Sequence record: PX246731.1
Origin: a phage
Strand: one strand, 5' to 3'
DNA: 64,000 nt
The position numbers and the translations under genes were made by a program. The stretch's first letter is position 1. Each line of letters starts with the position of its first letter. This document shows positions 46,053-55,831 of the stretch, in pieces. The notes under the pieces were generated by a model. The model saw only the letters and a program-made list of their open reading frames with translations, had not been told where the DNA came from and searched no databases.

Positions 46053-47255
46053 TTACAGAGGAGCAACAGTCTTAATCAGAGCCAGACGTTCTGGGCGTTT
46101 AACCAGGATACCATAGTACCACTTGATAGAACTGAAGCCAGTTTCACCATACGGGTCATTACGGTCAGCAGTTTCTTTACCAGGCATCTTAGTCATGATG
46201 GTGAACTTAACAGACTTACCATCAGTCTGGAAGCCAATGGTAGAGAAGGAGTCATCACCAACTACCAGCATCGGGAACACGTCGTAGTGCTCCTGACCAG
46301 ATACCATAGAGCTACGATAACCTGGGTTATTGCTAACCTGTGCACCAGCACCTGCCCAATGCAGCATCTCAGGAACCTGGATAATACGGAACTTATCAAT
46401 ACAACCGATTTCACCATTCATCAGTGTACCAGCATCAGCATAGTGCTGAACTTCGATGAATGCTTTATTACCAAACAGGTCTTTCATCGCTTTCAGTTCT
46501 GGAACTAGTTCAGAACCAACGTACATCACACGAGTACCACCAAGTACTTTGGTATCTGTCAGTTTAGAACCAGTGATGATAGTAGTCTGGGTCGGGGTAC
46601 GGTTCTCAGTAAGAATCTGGTCAAGACGCATCAGGTTCTTATAAGAAACTACAGACGGAGTAGCACCTTCACCAGTGATGGTAGCATCAGAGACAGCAGC
46701 ACCTGCATACAGTACAGTACCAGCAGCAGCCAGCAGGTCTTTCTGGAGAACAGCTTCAGTCAACTGTACGGCACCATTCATCAGTTCACGAGACAGGTGT
46801 TCTTTCAGTTGGTCATCAGAATCAAAGTCCAGAGACTCTTGGGTAAATTCGTAGAAGAAACCGAACTTATGAATAGAACCTTCACGAGCCAGACGAGTGA
46901 AGCCTACACGGTTAACACGACCACCGTTCTCTGACAGCAGAGGCAGTTTAGAGGTGATGTTACCAACGTCTTTGGAAGAACCATACAGGTTACCGTTAAC
47001 GATGGTAGCACCATTAGCATCAATACCCTGGTCGTTAATGTTCTTATCGTCGAGCAGAGGAACGTACTCATACACCTTAACAGTCTTACCGTAGTTCTTC
47101 GGCATGTTAACGGTGTTAGCCAGAGGCATAAAATACTGATCTTTACGGGACTGAATAATAGCTTTCTTCAGCCAGTAATAGGTATTCATCTGGTCGGAGC
47201 CAGCACCATCAATGCTAGATTTCTGACCGTCAATTGGAGCGTTATAGTTTAACAT
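46053..47255 (-). CDS. major capsid protein (N4 gp56-like)
   Basis: 400 aa, matching what I recall of the N4 major capsid size; canonical position downstream of portal and scaffold; strong hairpin after its stop. Confidence 0.6.
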   Translation of the reverse strand: MLNYNAPIDGQKSSIDGAGSDQMNTYYWLKKAIIQSRKDQYFMPLANTVNMPKNYGKTVKVYEYVPLLDDKNINDQGIDANGATIVNGNLYGSSKDVGNITSKLPLLSENGGRVNRVGFTRLAREGSIHKFGFFYEFTQESLDFDSDDQLKEHLSRELMNGAVQLTEAVLQKDLLAAAGTVLYAGAAVSDATITGEGATPSVVSYKNLMRLDQILTENRTPTQTTIITGSKLTDTKVLGGTRVMYVGSELVPELKAMKDLFGNKAFIEVQHYADAGTLMNGEIGCIDKFRIIQVPEMLHWAGAGAQVSNNPGYRSSMVSGQEHYDVFPMLVVGDDSFSTIGFQTDGKSVKFTIMTKMPGKETADRNDPYGETGFSSIKWYYGILVKRPERLALIKTVAPL

Positions 47256-47271
47256 ATCATCTCATTCCTGT

Positions 47272-48492
47272 TTAAAGACTACCCGGTACTGGGAGTTTAG
47301 CGAAATCTTCATCACTCATAGCGAGTGGGTTTACAATAGGTGTTGCTTTACGTGTAGCAGCCCGATTAAGGGAAGCTGCTTTAGCTTGCTCGTTGTTAGC
47401 CAGAGTCTGCTTAGGTTGTGCTACACGCACTACCGGCTGAACTGCTGGTTTAACTGCTTGTACCGGTTCAGGCTTAGCCACTTGGTTAAATGCTCCCTGT
47501 TGTGCAAGGAGGTTACCAACGTAGTTATAAGCCTGAATGAACGGAGTACCTACCGGAATCTGACCTAACACCTGAAGACGATTCACTTCATTAGCAATGG
47601 TGTCATAAATACCATTCTCACGTTGTTCGTGAATAGTGTGGAGTAGACCACGATTCTGATAAAGAGCATCTTTACTGGCAGCATCCCATGTCGAGCTAAT
47701 AACACCTAATGTAGCTTGTCCTTCTTGAGTAGACTTTAAGTCGTCAATTTCGGTTGCAAAATCTGCTTCGGTGTCTGTAACACGGTGTTTGCCACCCTGG
47801 TAGTTAATTTCCTCTTCTGGATTAAAGTCCAGAGGATCTGTACCAGAGTCTTTCAACAACTTTTTAATGGCTTCAGGATTCTTCTTATCCAGGTCAATAA
47901 GGAAAGAAAGTTTTTCCTCATCCATTAAACCGTTGTTTTGTAACATCAGCATTACCTTACGGTACGGCTGAAGTTCTTGCATCTTACGAGTATAATTAGC
48001 ACCCATCTGCATCAGGCTAATGGCCTCCTCCGGTGAACGGGGAGTAATCATTTTGCCGTTAGCTTTAAAAGGAGCCATCAACTTCTCATAACCTTCCTTA
48101 TAGTTGAAGTCAGCAGGCAGACCTTCAGACTGTTTACCTTCTTCTTTCTGTTCCTGGCCTGGTTCAGTAGTAGAAGGTTCAGCTTCAGTAATCGGCTTAC
48201 CGTTACTATCAACTTCTGTGTCAACAACTTTATCATCAACTTTATCAGAAGTTAAAGAATTTGCTGAATCATCTTCAACTGGGTCAGTTTCAGTGGAGGT
48301 TTCTTCGGTTGGTAGGTCTTCAACAGCAGGGGGGTCAACTTCTTCATCAGGAGTCTGTACGCCGTTGGTTTCTGGGTTGTTCTGAGTGGAAGAATCTTCC
48401 TCAGCAATAATTGCTGGGGCTTCCATATTCAGAATCTCATCATCCGACATTGCGAGAATGTCGGAAGCTGTGGTTGCAGCTTCCGTAGTCAT
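47272..48492 (-). CDS. scaffolding-like protein (acidic N-terminus)
   Basis: 406 aa with a very acidic, low-complexity N-terminal third and helical C-terminal part; lies between the portal and capsid genes. Confidence 0.45.
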   Translation of the reverse strand: MTTEAATTASDILAMSDDEILNMEAPAIIAEEDSSTQNNPETNGVQTPDEEVDPPAVEDLPTEETSTETDPVEDDSANSLTSDKVDDKVVDTEVDSNGKPITEAEPSTTEPGQEQKEEGKQSEGLPADFNYKEGYEKLMAPFKANGKMITPRSPEEAISLMQMGANYTRKMQELQPYRKVMLMLQNNGLMDEEKLSFLIDLDKKNPEAIKKLLKDSGTDPLDFNPEEEINYQGGKHRVTDTEADFATEIDDLKSTQEGQATLGVISSTWDAASKDALYQNRGLLHTIHEQRENGIYDTIANEVNRLQVLGQIPVGTPFIQAYNYVGNLLAQQGAFNQVAKPEPVQAVKPAVQPVVRVAQPKQTLANNEQAKAASLNRAATRKATPIVNPLAMSDEDFAKLPVPGSL

Positions 48493-48511
48493 AGGAAATA
48501 TCTCCGGTTAA

Positions 48512-48856
48512 TTATTCGTCTTCAGGTTCAGCACGAACTGCATCGAGTTCTTCTTCTACCTGTAGAATAACGTCAGCTTCGTTTTCACCCATACGAATGG
48601 CGAGGTCGAGCCAACGACGTAGATGACCAGCAGCTTGAGCCATGTTCAGTGCGTCTGCACGGTTATTAGGTTCAAGCAGTGGGTCACCAGACTCCTGCAC
48701 GTAACGTGCACAGTCTTCCACACAGAACTGGCGAAGGATTACTTTACGGAACAGTGGGTTCTCCAGAAGTTTACGTACATCTTCTGCGTGTGCAACTGCA
48801 CCTTTAGCAGCTTCCAGTCGATGTTCCAGTCCTGCAATTGTTGATTCTTTACTCAT
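48512..48856 (-). CDS. hypothetical protein
   Basis: 114-aa ORF between portal and scaffold genes. Confidence 0.4.
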   Translation of the reverse strand: MSKESTIAGLEHRLEAAKGAVAHAEDVRKLLENPLFRKVILRQFCVEDCARYVQESGDPLLEPNNRADALNMAQAAGHLRRWLDLAIRMGENEADVILQVEEELDAVRAEPEDE

Positions 48857-48869
48857 GTGAAGGTCTGCC

Positions 48870-51140
48870 TTATAGGTTCATACCAAGAGCCGATGCTGGG
48901 TCTTGGCTAGGGTCATAATACTGGGAACTAAGTGAATAAGTCGGGTCTTGCTGTGCAGCTAAGTCACGTTCCTGTAAAGAGTTCCCGTTAGTCAAAGCGT
49001 TATATCCGACAGCAGCAGATATGTTGGGGGTAGTTTCACCTTCTTTAGTAGGTGTTGTCAACGCCTTAGTTATTTGAAGGTTCTGGTTTCCTTGCGATTG
49101 TGCTTTTTGTTTTTCCATATCACGAGCATGTTTAGTACCAGATTCCTGTTCCAGATAATCCAGGTCTTTAAGGTCACCACTAGAAATAGCTTCTTTAGCT
49201 TTAGCATTATTGAGTGCAATTTTACTTTTCAACTCTTCATTCTCAAGCTGTGCTTTCTGAATTGCTAGTTGCTTAAGCTGCTCTTCCATTGGGTCTGGTT
49301 GTGGTTTCCAGGTACGTAATTCATGAGCAAGGTCTGGCATACGTTTAAGTTCTGCAATCTTAGCTACGAGAGATAACGTAATAGTCTGGTCAACCGTATT
49401 ACCTAACGTTTGAACCATGAAGCTCAAGTCCTGAGATTTCTGGTTATCAATTTCAGCAGTATTAATATCAACCTCAATATCGAAGTTACCTTTAAGGTCT
49501 TCACGATTAATTTCTACATACTGCTCATTAGTAATACGTACTACTTCTTTCTCAGATAAGAACACAGCATTCATTGCACAAATCTTAGTACCAATGTCTG
49601 CCATACCCTTAGCTAACCGACGAAGGATTGCCATCTCACGTTTGGACGCTGCATCGAGTGCACCACGAATACCAGCAGCCACATCCCCGTAAGCTGCACC
49701 AGTTACACCACCAGAGAATGCTTTAACACCAGTTAGTGCTTCTGCTTCCTGGTTCTGCATCTGAGTCATTACTATTGCCGACTGAGGTAACTCAGGGAAC
49801 TTATGCTCCATAATGGCCTGACTAGGATTACCCTGCATTGGGTTGTATTCATAGTCTTGCCCGTCATCATATCGACGTCGGTTCAGGGTATCTAACATCC
49901 CTTTAGGATAACCACGTTGCCCGTTTGCACTTCGGCCTAACAGGTCAATCATCCCACGCATGGTTGCACCAAGAATTGCTTGGTTATCCCCCAACAATTC
50001 AGCATCAGCTTCACCATAGAGTTCACGTTTACGAGGCATATAGGGAACAACTACCAAGGGCAACTTACCATCCGGGAATGGGTTCTTCTCCATACGAATA
50101 AGAGTAGAGCCAATCCAGGTAGCGACAATTGGTTCCAGTGAACCATCATCGTTGATGTCATAGAATCCCCAGTATTCATAAGCGACTACTTTCTTACGAA
50201 GTGCATCCTTAAACTGGAAGTCACCAGGAGTTTTACTTTCATGGTCTGGGTCAGTCATAGGACTGGAACTTTCCCAGTCAATCTTATCCAGGTTATGGTA
50301 ACGGTCTTTGTTCTTCATAAGGTCTGCTTTGCACGTCTCAAATGAGATAACTGCATAAAGAGCCTTATCCAAATCACCATTACAGCTTGGGTCAATAACT
50401 ACGTTATTTGGGTTAAGCATTTCAACAGTAGGTCTGTTAACCAGTGCTTTCTCTACTTCTACTTCAGTAACACCAGTCTGAATTGCATAGGTAGCTTCTC
50501 CAGTTTCATTGAAGTAGTTAACAGCTTCCTTGATATCTTCCGGCATTGTTTCATCATACTCACGGGGATTCTCTGCCTGAAGCTGTAGAGCCTGCTGAAG
50601 AATATCTGCTTGTTCCTGGTTCTCAATTGGATACAACTGGAAGACTGGAGTTTCTGTTTTAATCTTAACAGTCTTACGTTCCCAACCGATACGAGCAATA
50701 CCAGTACCATCATCTACGACACTGTGTACGTAATCATCCACCAATTTTACTTTATTAAGCTGGGTACGGAATTGGTAGTTAAGAACTAGCTCATTCTGAC
50801 GTGCAGCTAACTCATCTTCAAAAGTTACAGGAGTTACCTTAAAGAGTTTATTGGATGAGAGGAATGGTTCAGACAATGGTGCATAACGCCATTCTGCCTG
50901 ACGGCGAACCAGTCTAGGTTGGACTTGTGAACGACCTTTAACCTTTGGGGGTTTAGCCTTACCCTTAACTTCCATCAGGTCATTCCACTCACGAATCTGT
51001 GCCATGATTGCATCGTGAGCAGGTTTAGCTGATTCCAGATCACCTTTCAGTAATTGGATACTTGGTTCCTTCTTCCAGTCCGTTAACTTCTCTGATTGAG
51101 CCGGGTCTGGTAAAGGCTTAAAAGTGTCTTGGTGTTCCAT
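48870..51140 (-). CDS. portal protein (N4 gp59-like)
   Basis: 756 aa, similar in size to the N4 portal; position upstream of scaffold and capsid genes. Confidence 0.55.
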   Translation of the reverse strand: MEHQDTFKPLPDPAQSEKLTDWKKEPSIQLLKGDLESAKPAHDAIMAQIREWNDLMEVKGKAKPPKVKGRSQVQPRLVRRQAEWRYAPLSEPFLSSNKLFKVTPVTFEDELAARQNELVLNYQFRTQLNKVKLVDDYVHSVVDDGTGIARIGWERKTVKIKTETPVFQLYPIENQEQADILQQALQLQAENPREYDETMPEDIKEAVNYFNETGEATYAIQTGVTEVEVEKALVNRPTVEMLNPNNVVIDPSCNGDLDKALYAVISFETCKADLMKNKDRYHNLDKIDWESSSPMTDPDHESKTPGDFQFKDALRKKVVAYEYWGFYDINDDGSLEPIVATWIGSTLIRMEKNPFPDGKLPLVVVPYMPRKRELYGEADAELLGDNQAILGATMRGMIDLLGRSANGQRGYPKGMLDTLNRRRYDDGQDYEYNPMQGNPSQAIMEHKFPELPQSAIVMTQMQNQEAEALTGVKAFSGGVTGAAYGDVAAGIRGALDAASKREMAILRRLAKGMADIGTKICAMNAVFLSEKEVVRITNEQYVEINREDLKGNFDIEVDINTAEIDNQKSQDLSFMVQTLGNTVDQTITLSLVAKIAELKRMPDLAHELRTWKPQPDPMEEQLKQLAIQKAQLENEELKSKIALNNAKAKEAISSGDLKDLDYLEQESGTKHARDMEKQKAQSQGNQNLQITKALTTPTKEGETTPNISAAVGYNALTNGNSLQERDLAAQQDPTYSLSSQYYDPSQDPASALGMNL

Positions 51141-51142
51141 AG

Positions 51143-51649
51143 TTATTCCTGTTCAAAAAGTTTACGGTCAGCCTGAATCTGCTTACCCAACTCAATTAGT
51201 TGGCTGTCACGGAGTCTAACAGTTGCCCGGAGTTCTTCAACCAAACGTCTGCCTTCTTCAAGACTGTTGTCGAGTCTGGCTGCATGGCTTGCAAGACTTC
51301 TGCACTCAAAGGTTCCGGCTTCGGCTTGACGTTTATATACCGATGCCCGTCTTTCAGACTGTTGCATCCGGCTGTCATAATCACTGCTAACGCGAGCAAG
51401 CTCGCTTGCGTAATTACTCTCAGCCGTCTGCAACCGGGAAGTGAGTAACCCGACTTCATAACTATGGTTTCTTTGGAGAGCATTGTATTTGTCCTGTAAT
51501 TTTTGCAGTGCCTTACGGTCTTCAATCTTTTGGTCATCCCACTTCTTTTGAACAGTAGACTGCCCATTGGAATTACCCCAAAAGTAAATGGTGGCCCCTA
51601 GGACCACCACCAGAAGATAAGGCCAACCTTTAGAGATTAGCATCTTCAT
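51143..51649 (-). CDS. i-spanin (Rz-like)
   Basis: N-terminal TM ([21 protein letters not shown]) followed by coiled-coil sequence; directly downstream of the endolysin gene; contains an embedded lipoprotein ORF in another frame. Start placed at an internal Met (ORF track 51670). Confidence 0.6.
   Translation of the reverse strand: MKMLISKGWPYLLVVVLGATIYFWGNSNGQSTVQKKWDDQKIEDRKALQKLQDKYNALQRNHSYEVGLLTSRLQTAESNYASELARVSSDYDSRMQQSERRASVYKRQAEAGTFECRSLASHAARLDNSLEEGRRLVEELRATVRLRDSQLIELGKQIQADRKLFEQE
51196..51459 (-). CDS. o-spanin (Rz1-like lipoprotein) embedded within the Rz reading frame region
   Basis: Alternate-frame ORF entirely inside Rz. Signal peptide ends in lipobox-like MTAGC; the mature part is short and Pro-rich ([18 protein letters not shown]). 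Start at the internal Met is inferred. Confidence 0.55.
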   Translation of the reverse strand: MKSGYSLPGCRRLRVITQASLLALAVIMTAGCNSLKDGHRYINVKPKPEPLSAEVLQAMQPDSTTVLKKADVWLKNSGQLLDSVTAN

Positions 51650-52265
51650 TACATGCCTCCAGTGGCACATTGCCTATTCGGTTAGCTACCCAACCATACG
51701 TAAAGTCTGGCATGTTTAATGAGGTGTAGTGGTTCAGTTGTTTGGCATCAAGTAACTTAATCATTACCTGACATGCTGCAACTTTGCCTCGTTTTTTCTG
51801 TAATGCTTTATATGCATTAACAGTACTTGTACCGACTTTACCATCAACCTGTATTTTAGGGTAGTCTTTGCCATCACGGGACATTTCATTGAGAGATTGC
51901 TGTAACCACTTAGCCGGACGGGTTACACCCGTATTAACACCAGCATCTACCAGCTTATGTGTTACAGCAGGAGATATATCAGCGAAGGCTACGAAGTTAG
52001 GCTTAAGTACGTAGTCATCAATGTATATCTCAGCAGCCATCTCTTTAGATAAACCTTTCATAGAACCATCCCAACCATACTCAGTAGCCAGAACTTCTTT
52101 ATGTGTCTTAGCTACAGCTTGGGTAATTCCGTGGTTAGTTTCCCCACCTGGGTCACGAAGATTGTTTACGTAACCCCCTTCCATATAGAACACTGCCCCC
52201 AGGATAGCAGCGATAACTCCTCCCACTGCACCACCTTTCGCAGCAAGTTTCTGTTTAGCTTTCAT
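51630..52265 (-). CDS. endolysin, GH108-type N-acetylmuramidase-like
   Basis: EGGYVNNLRDPGGETNHGIT matches the GH108 lysozyme signature (EGGYVNDP.D.GG.T..GIT); C-terminal region is consistent with a peptidoglycan-binding domain. Confidence 0.7.
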   Translation of the reverse strand: MKAKQKLAAKGGAVGGVIAAILGAVFYMEGGYVNNLRDPGGETNHGITQAVAKTHKEVLATEYGWDGSMKGLSKEMAAEIYIDDYVLKPNFVAFADISPAVTHKLVDAGVNTGVTRPAKWLQQSLNEMSRDGKDYPKIQVDGKVGTSTVNAYKALQKKRGKVAACQVMIKLLDAKQLNHYTSLNMPDFTYGWVANRIGNVPLEACNEDANL

Positions 52266-52515
52266 GTGAATCTTCCTTTGGTCGGAATCGTATCAATCTA
52301 CCAACGATGTTTAAGGCAAACAGTGCGATTGCAATATTGGAACCATGGGGAATATCTTCCAGGATGTGACGGGGTAATCCTGTCAACATTGGTTGTATAA
52401 TATCTACAGCAGAAAACAGAATTAAACCAAACGTACTAATCTGAATGGATGACCACTTCCAGCATCTTTTCCAGTTAGGTACTAACTCTACCTTTCTTTT
52501 TAACCTGCGAACCAT
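52255..52515 (-). CDS. holin-like small membrane protein
   Basis: About 86 aa from an internal Met, with two hydrophobic segments (ISTFGLILFSAVDII; IAIALFALNIVGRLI), immediately upstream of the endolysin. Confidence 0.45.
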   Translation of the reverse strand: MVRRLKRKVELVPNWKRCWKWSSIQISTFGLILFSAVDIIQPMLTGLPRHILEDIPHGSNIAIALFALNIVGRLIRFRPKEDSHES

Positions 52516-52829
52516 GCGAATATCTCCCGTCTTGCAGCAGCCAATACACCAATAATTGCACCTGCCCCAGCCCACACCCACTTACCGAAAATCCCAGCAC
52601 CAACGACTTTATGCTTAATGGTAATGAACTCTTCAATAGTAGGTTCGTTCTTAGCTAAGCTATCCTCCACGTTTTTCAGTCTATTGCCTATGTCATTGAT
52701 TGAATCCCGTAGTTCTACCAAAGTTTCCTCCAGTTTCTCACGGTCCTGTCTTTCCCTTGTCTGGTTCTCAAACAGAGTCTTCAATCGTTCCTCCAGTCTG
52801 ACTAGAAGCAGTTCACCCGATTCATTCAT
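52500..52829 (-). CDS. coiled-coil protein with C-terminal transmembrane helix (lysis-cassette associated)
   Basis: Charged helical N-terminus and C-terminal TM (GAGIFGKWVWAGAGAIIGVLAAA); overlaps the holin-like gene start. Confidence 0.4.
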   Translation of the reverse strand: MNESGELLLVRLEERLKTLFENQTRERQDREKLEETLVELRDSINDIGNRLKNVEDSLAKNEPTIEEFITIKHKVVGAGIFGKWVWAGAGAIIGVLAAARREIFAWFAG

Positions 52830-53186
52830 AATATTACCGTAGTTGTGTAGTTAGAATCCCCAATGGGGTCATATCATAAGATGCCTCTTAGATAATACTT
52901 AGTATGATGATGTACATCCAGACATAGTGTCTGCCCTAGAAATTATTGTAAGAAGTGCCGGTACAGCAAGAGAACGGAGAACACAAACAAGGCGAACCAA
53001 TGGAATCACAGTAGTAGGTTCAGACGCTAGTATTAAAGTACAGGGTACGGACATATCTAATAGAGATAATATATTAGCTGCATACACACTTGGTTCAACA
53101 GAACCTTTCATGGTAGAAGGTATTCAGTTAGGGTAATGCAAACAGTAACTCTATATAAAAAGTAATATTAATAAGTTAAAAACTAA

Positions 53187-53209
53187 CCCCGCCGAAGCGG
53201 GGTTTTTAT
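53187..53209. terminator. Terminator hairpin downstream of the tailspike gene
   Basis: Stem ccccgc(53187-92)/gcgggg(53197-53202) with cgaa loop, followed by tttttattt on the plus strand; adjacent to the tailspike stop (53210). Confidence 0.55.
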
Positions 53210-55774
53210 TTACATTGCTGATATGATGAAGCAAAGAAGCTGAGAGTATTCTATCCCCCAGCGATTGCCTGCTGGTTTTGCTGCGGAAAGAATTTTACCG
53301 GTCTTTTCATCAATGACTTCTGGAACATCGTCCCACTCCTCATAAGACAGGAAGTGATATAATTTATGATCAAGTCCGTTACGATTCAGTATCTCAGCAA
53401 CCTCTTGAGCCATTACACCGAAATGCCATTTAGCACCATCACCGTCTCTTTCAACTTCGTCATTGCGCTTGTATGCTCTGATTGATAACTTTATTTCAGC
53501 AGCCGCCTTCTTCTCTGCATCATAAAGCAATCTCTGCTGCTGTTTTTCTCTGATGTCTGATGTGTTAATCGTGCCGTTAACAGCGTAAATCTGTGCCCAC
53601 CTAAGCGAGGCCGATCCATTTGATTTGCTGTTATCCACCATCGGAGCAATTATGCCTTTGACGCTGACGTTACCTGACGCGCCAAACCACGTCATCACAG
53701 GGGAATTGTCACCGTTGAACTTGATGCTCCCATTACTCGCTGAGAAATCCAGCCCCTTCGTGACACCATCCATAGTTATCCATCTGAGGCCATCTTTTGT
53801 ATAAAAGTAATAGCCTCCTGGCGATGCTTCACTCGCACCTTCACGGAGCACGATTGCGTCATTCCCATTCGAGAACTGAACTCGGGTATTCGTCTCACGC
53901 CAGTTCTTCAGGATAAATGAACCATCAGTGAAGTCCGTCTTTATCTGTCGGTTGTCCAGAAAAGCATCACGCGGAGTGAACCCGGTGGTATCCGTAGACG
54001 CCTGAATATCTGATGCAAACAGGCGTAGGTTCCCTGTGTACCCCTGAGTTTCCGCGAGACTGTAGGCCACCATTATCCCGTTCTCGAACTCGGAAGATAC
54101 GATCTTCGTATCTCGACAATCCCCGAAAAGTGTATTCCCTTTATCAAAGGTCGTTTGCGCCTTGAACTTGTCGAAGCGAAGGTTACGCATCGGATAGCCA
54201 TCGATTTCAAGAGCAAACGCTACTGGCAAGCCCAACGAATCAGATGATTGTCCGGAAGAATGCCCAAAGCTGGTAGCAACCGTATTCTCGAACACAGTAC
54301 CGGAGAAGTTATTGCCAATGTTAGGGAAGCGAATGACGCCCAGGGACGCAGGCAATGACGGCGTAATACCAGTAAGCGTAATGTTCGTCCCATCACTCGT
54401 TGACCCGGTAAATGTATACAGGGCTGCGCTACCTGAAATCCTAAAGGAGTTGGTCGCGGTCAAACGGAGTGACGGTCTCTGTTTGAATGTAATGGTACTT
54501 GAGGTGTTACTCACCACATCTATTTGTGGGCTATTTCGAATTAGTAAACCACGAATACCCTGAGTATAGAAACGATTGAACCTGGTTCTTTCTGGGTTCC
54601 CTTTCATCGTCAGAGAGCCGTCGTTTTCAGTCAACAGCGTACCAGCAACGCGCCAGTACCCGCAGACCTGAACGTTCTCGATAACAGCCTCAGAGCTATC
54701 GTAGACGTGAAGACCGATATCCCAGTTATCACCCAGTGACGACGAACTAAAGTCGTTGTATCCATCAATGCCGTTGTTACTAAGCATGATGCGCAGGTTT
54801 TTTAGTTGCGATGTGTGAGTAGCCGTCACCGCCACACTGAACGATTTTAACGTTGCGGGAGTCGTTCCTACCGCGTCCTCATTCGTGAAAGACGTGAACT
54901 TGCAGTCAACGCCATTGACAGACTTAAGAGGCCGCTCGTTAGAGATATTTCCAAACGTTTTATCCTTCACGCCGGTCCCGGTGAACACCAGATGTGTGCC
55001 TTTGGACCAGCTTTTTAACAACCGGTCAGGGGCTGGGCGGTATGTGTCCCAGTAGTCGATACCGCTACCCTCAAGCGTTACCCCAGACGGAACAGCTATG
55101 GTCTTAGAAAGAATACAGCGGCCAGCGGGTATGCGTAATTTAGAACGACCTGAGTTAATTGCTGCGATCAGCGCATCTGAGTCATCTGTCTCACCGTCAA
55201 CTTTAACGCCCCAGCCCCGGACATCCCCTTCGTCGCGCCAGCGCGACATCTGAATGTCCGGAAACTTCTCTGCACCATCTGGGTCCGTTAACTGTGATCG
55301 CAGCACACCATCGCCAACACTAATCCACTTCCCTAAACCAATCCCACCAGCAGTTTCTGGAGTTGAGCCAGCAGTTACTGTTTTAGGGAATTCGCCATCC
55401 CAGCGATACTTACCTGTTGTATTGGTAAGCAATTCATTTTTAACATTAAGTGTAGCACCGGAATCAAACGACCCAGGCAATGTAACGTACTCTTCACGGG
55501 ATACGGCTAATTCCCCAAGGTCTACGGAACCTGCTGAATGTACAAGTACTGCCTGTTCACTAAGGCTTACGGCAGTGGTTCCTACTGGAAGTACGGGTAA
55601 TGAGTAAGCACGTTGGGTAATTTTATCGTAAATGACTTTGTATCCACCTAAGTCTACACCTACAGCAAAGTAGACTACCTCGTTCTGCTTAACACCAAAC
55701 TTACGGGCAATGGCTTGTTTGTTGGTAAGAATACCAGTGGAGCCTTTACCACCTTGTGAGAACATTCCGTTCAT
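53210..55774 (-). CDS. tailspike protein with C-terminal intramolecular chaperone (peptidase S74-like) domain
   Basis: Ser/Thr/Gly/Asn-rich repetitive central region typical of beta-helix tailspikes. C-terminal SDIREKQQQRLLYDAEKKAAAEIKLSIRAYKRNDE...WHFGVMAQEVAEIL matches the autoproteolytic chaperone domain of endosialidases and tail fibres. Confidence 0.65.
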   Translation of the reverse strand: MNGMFSQGGKGSTGILTNKQAIARKFGVKQNEVVYFAVGVDLGGYKVIYDKITQRAYSLPVLPVGTTAVSLSEQAVLVHSAGSVDLGELAVSREEYVTLPGSFDSGATLNVKNELLTNTTGKYRWDGEFPKTVTAGSTPETAGGIGLGKWISVGDGVLRSQLTDPDGAEKFPDIQMSRWRDEGDVRGWGVKVDGETDDSDALIAAINSGRSKLRIPAGRCILSKTIAVPSGVTLEGSGIDYWDTYRPAPDRLLKSWSKGTHLVFTGTGVKDKTFGNISNERPLKSVNGVDCKFTSFTNEDAVGTTPATLKSFSVAVTATHTSQLKNLRIMLSNNGIDGYNDFSSSSLGDNWDIGLHVYDSSEAVIENVQVCGYWRVAGTLLTENDGSLTMKGNPERTRFNRFYTQGIRGLLIRNSPQIDVVSNTSSTITFKQRPSLRLTATNSFRISGSAALYTFTGSTSDGTNITLTGITPSLPASLGVIRFPNIGNNFSGTVFENTVATSFGHSSGQSSDSLGLPVAFALEIDGYPMRNLRFDKFKAQTTFDKGNTLFGDCRDTKIVSSEFENGIMVAYSLAETQGYTGNLRLFASDIQASTDTTGFTPRDAFLDNRQIKTDFTDGSFILKNWRETNTRVQFSNGNDAIVLREGASEASPGGYYFYTKDGLRWITMDGVTKGLDFSASNGSIKFNGDNSPVMTWFGASGNVSVKGIIAPMVDNSKSNGSASLRWAQIYAVNGTINTSDIREKQQQRLLYDAEKKAAAEIKLSIRAYKRNDEVERDGDGAKWHFGVMAQEVAEILNRNGLDHKLYHFLSYEEWDDVPEVIDEKTGKILSAAKPAGNRWGIEYSQLLCFIISAM

Positions 55775-55831
55775 AACAACCTCTTTGTTTTTCTAGTAAA
55801 CCACCCCCTTGTGGGGGTGGGGAGTAGTTAA

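Noticed and set aside
52927-53136. Plus-strand 69-aa ORF between the lysis cassette and the tailspike gene
   Set aside because: GTG start without a recognisable RBS, inside an otherwise minus-strand block; the nearby hairpin is better explained as the tailspike terminator. Low-confidence coding potential only.
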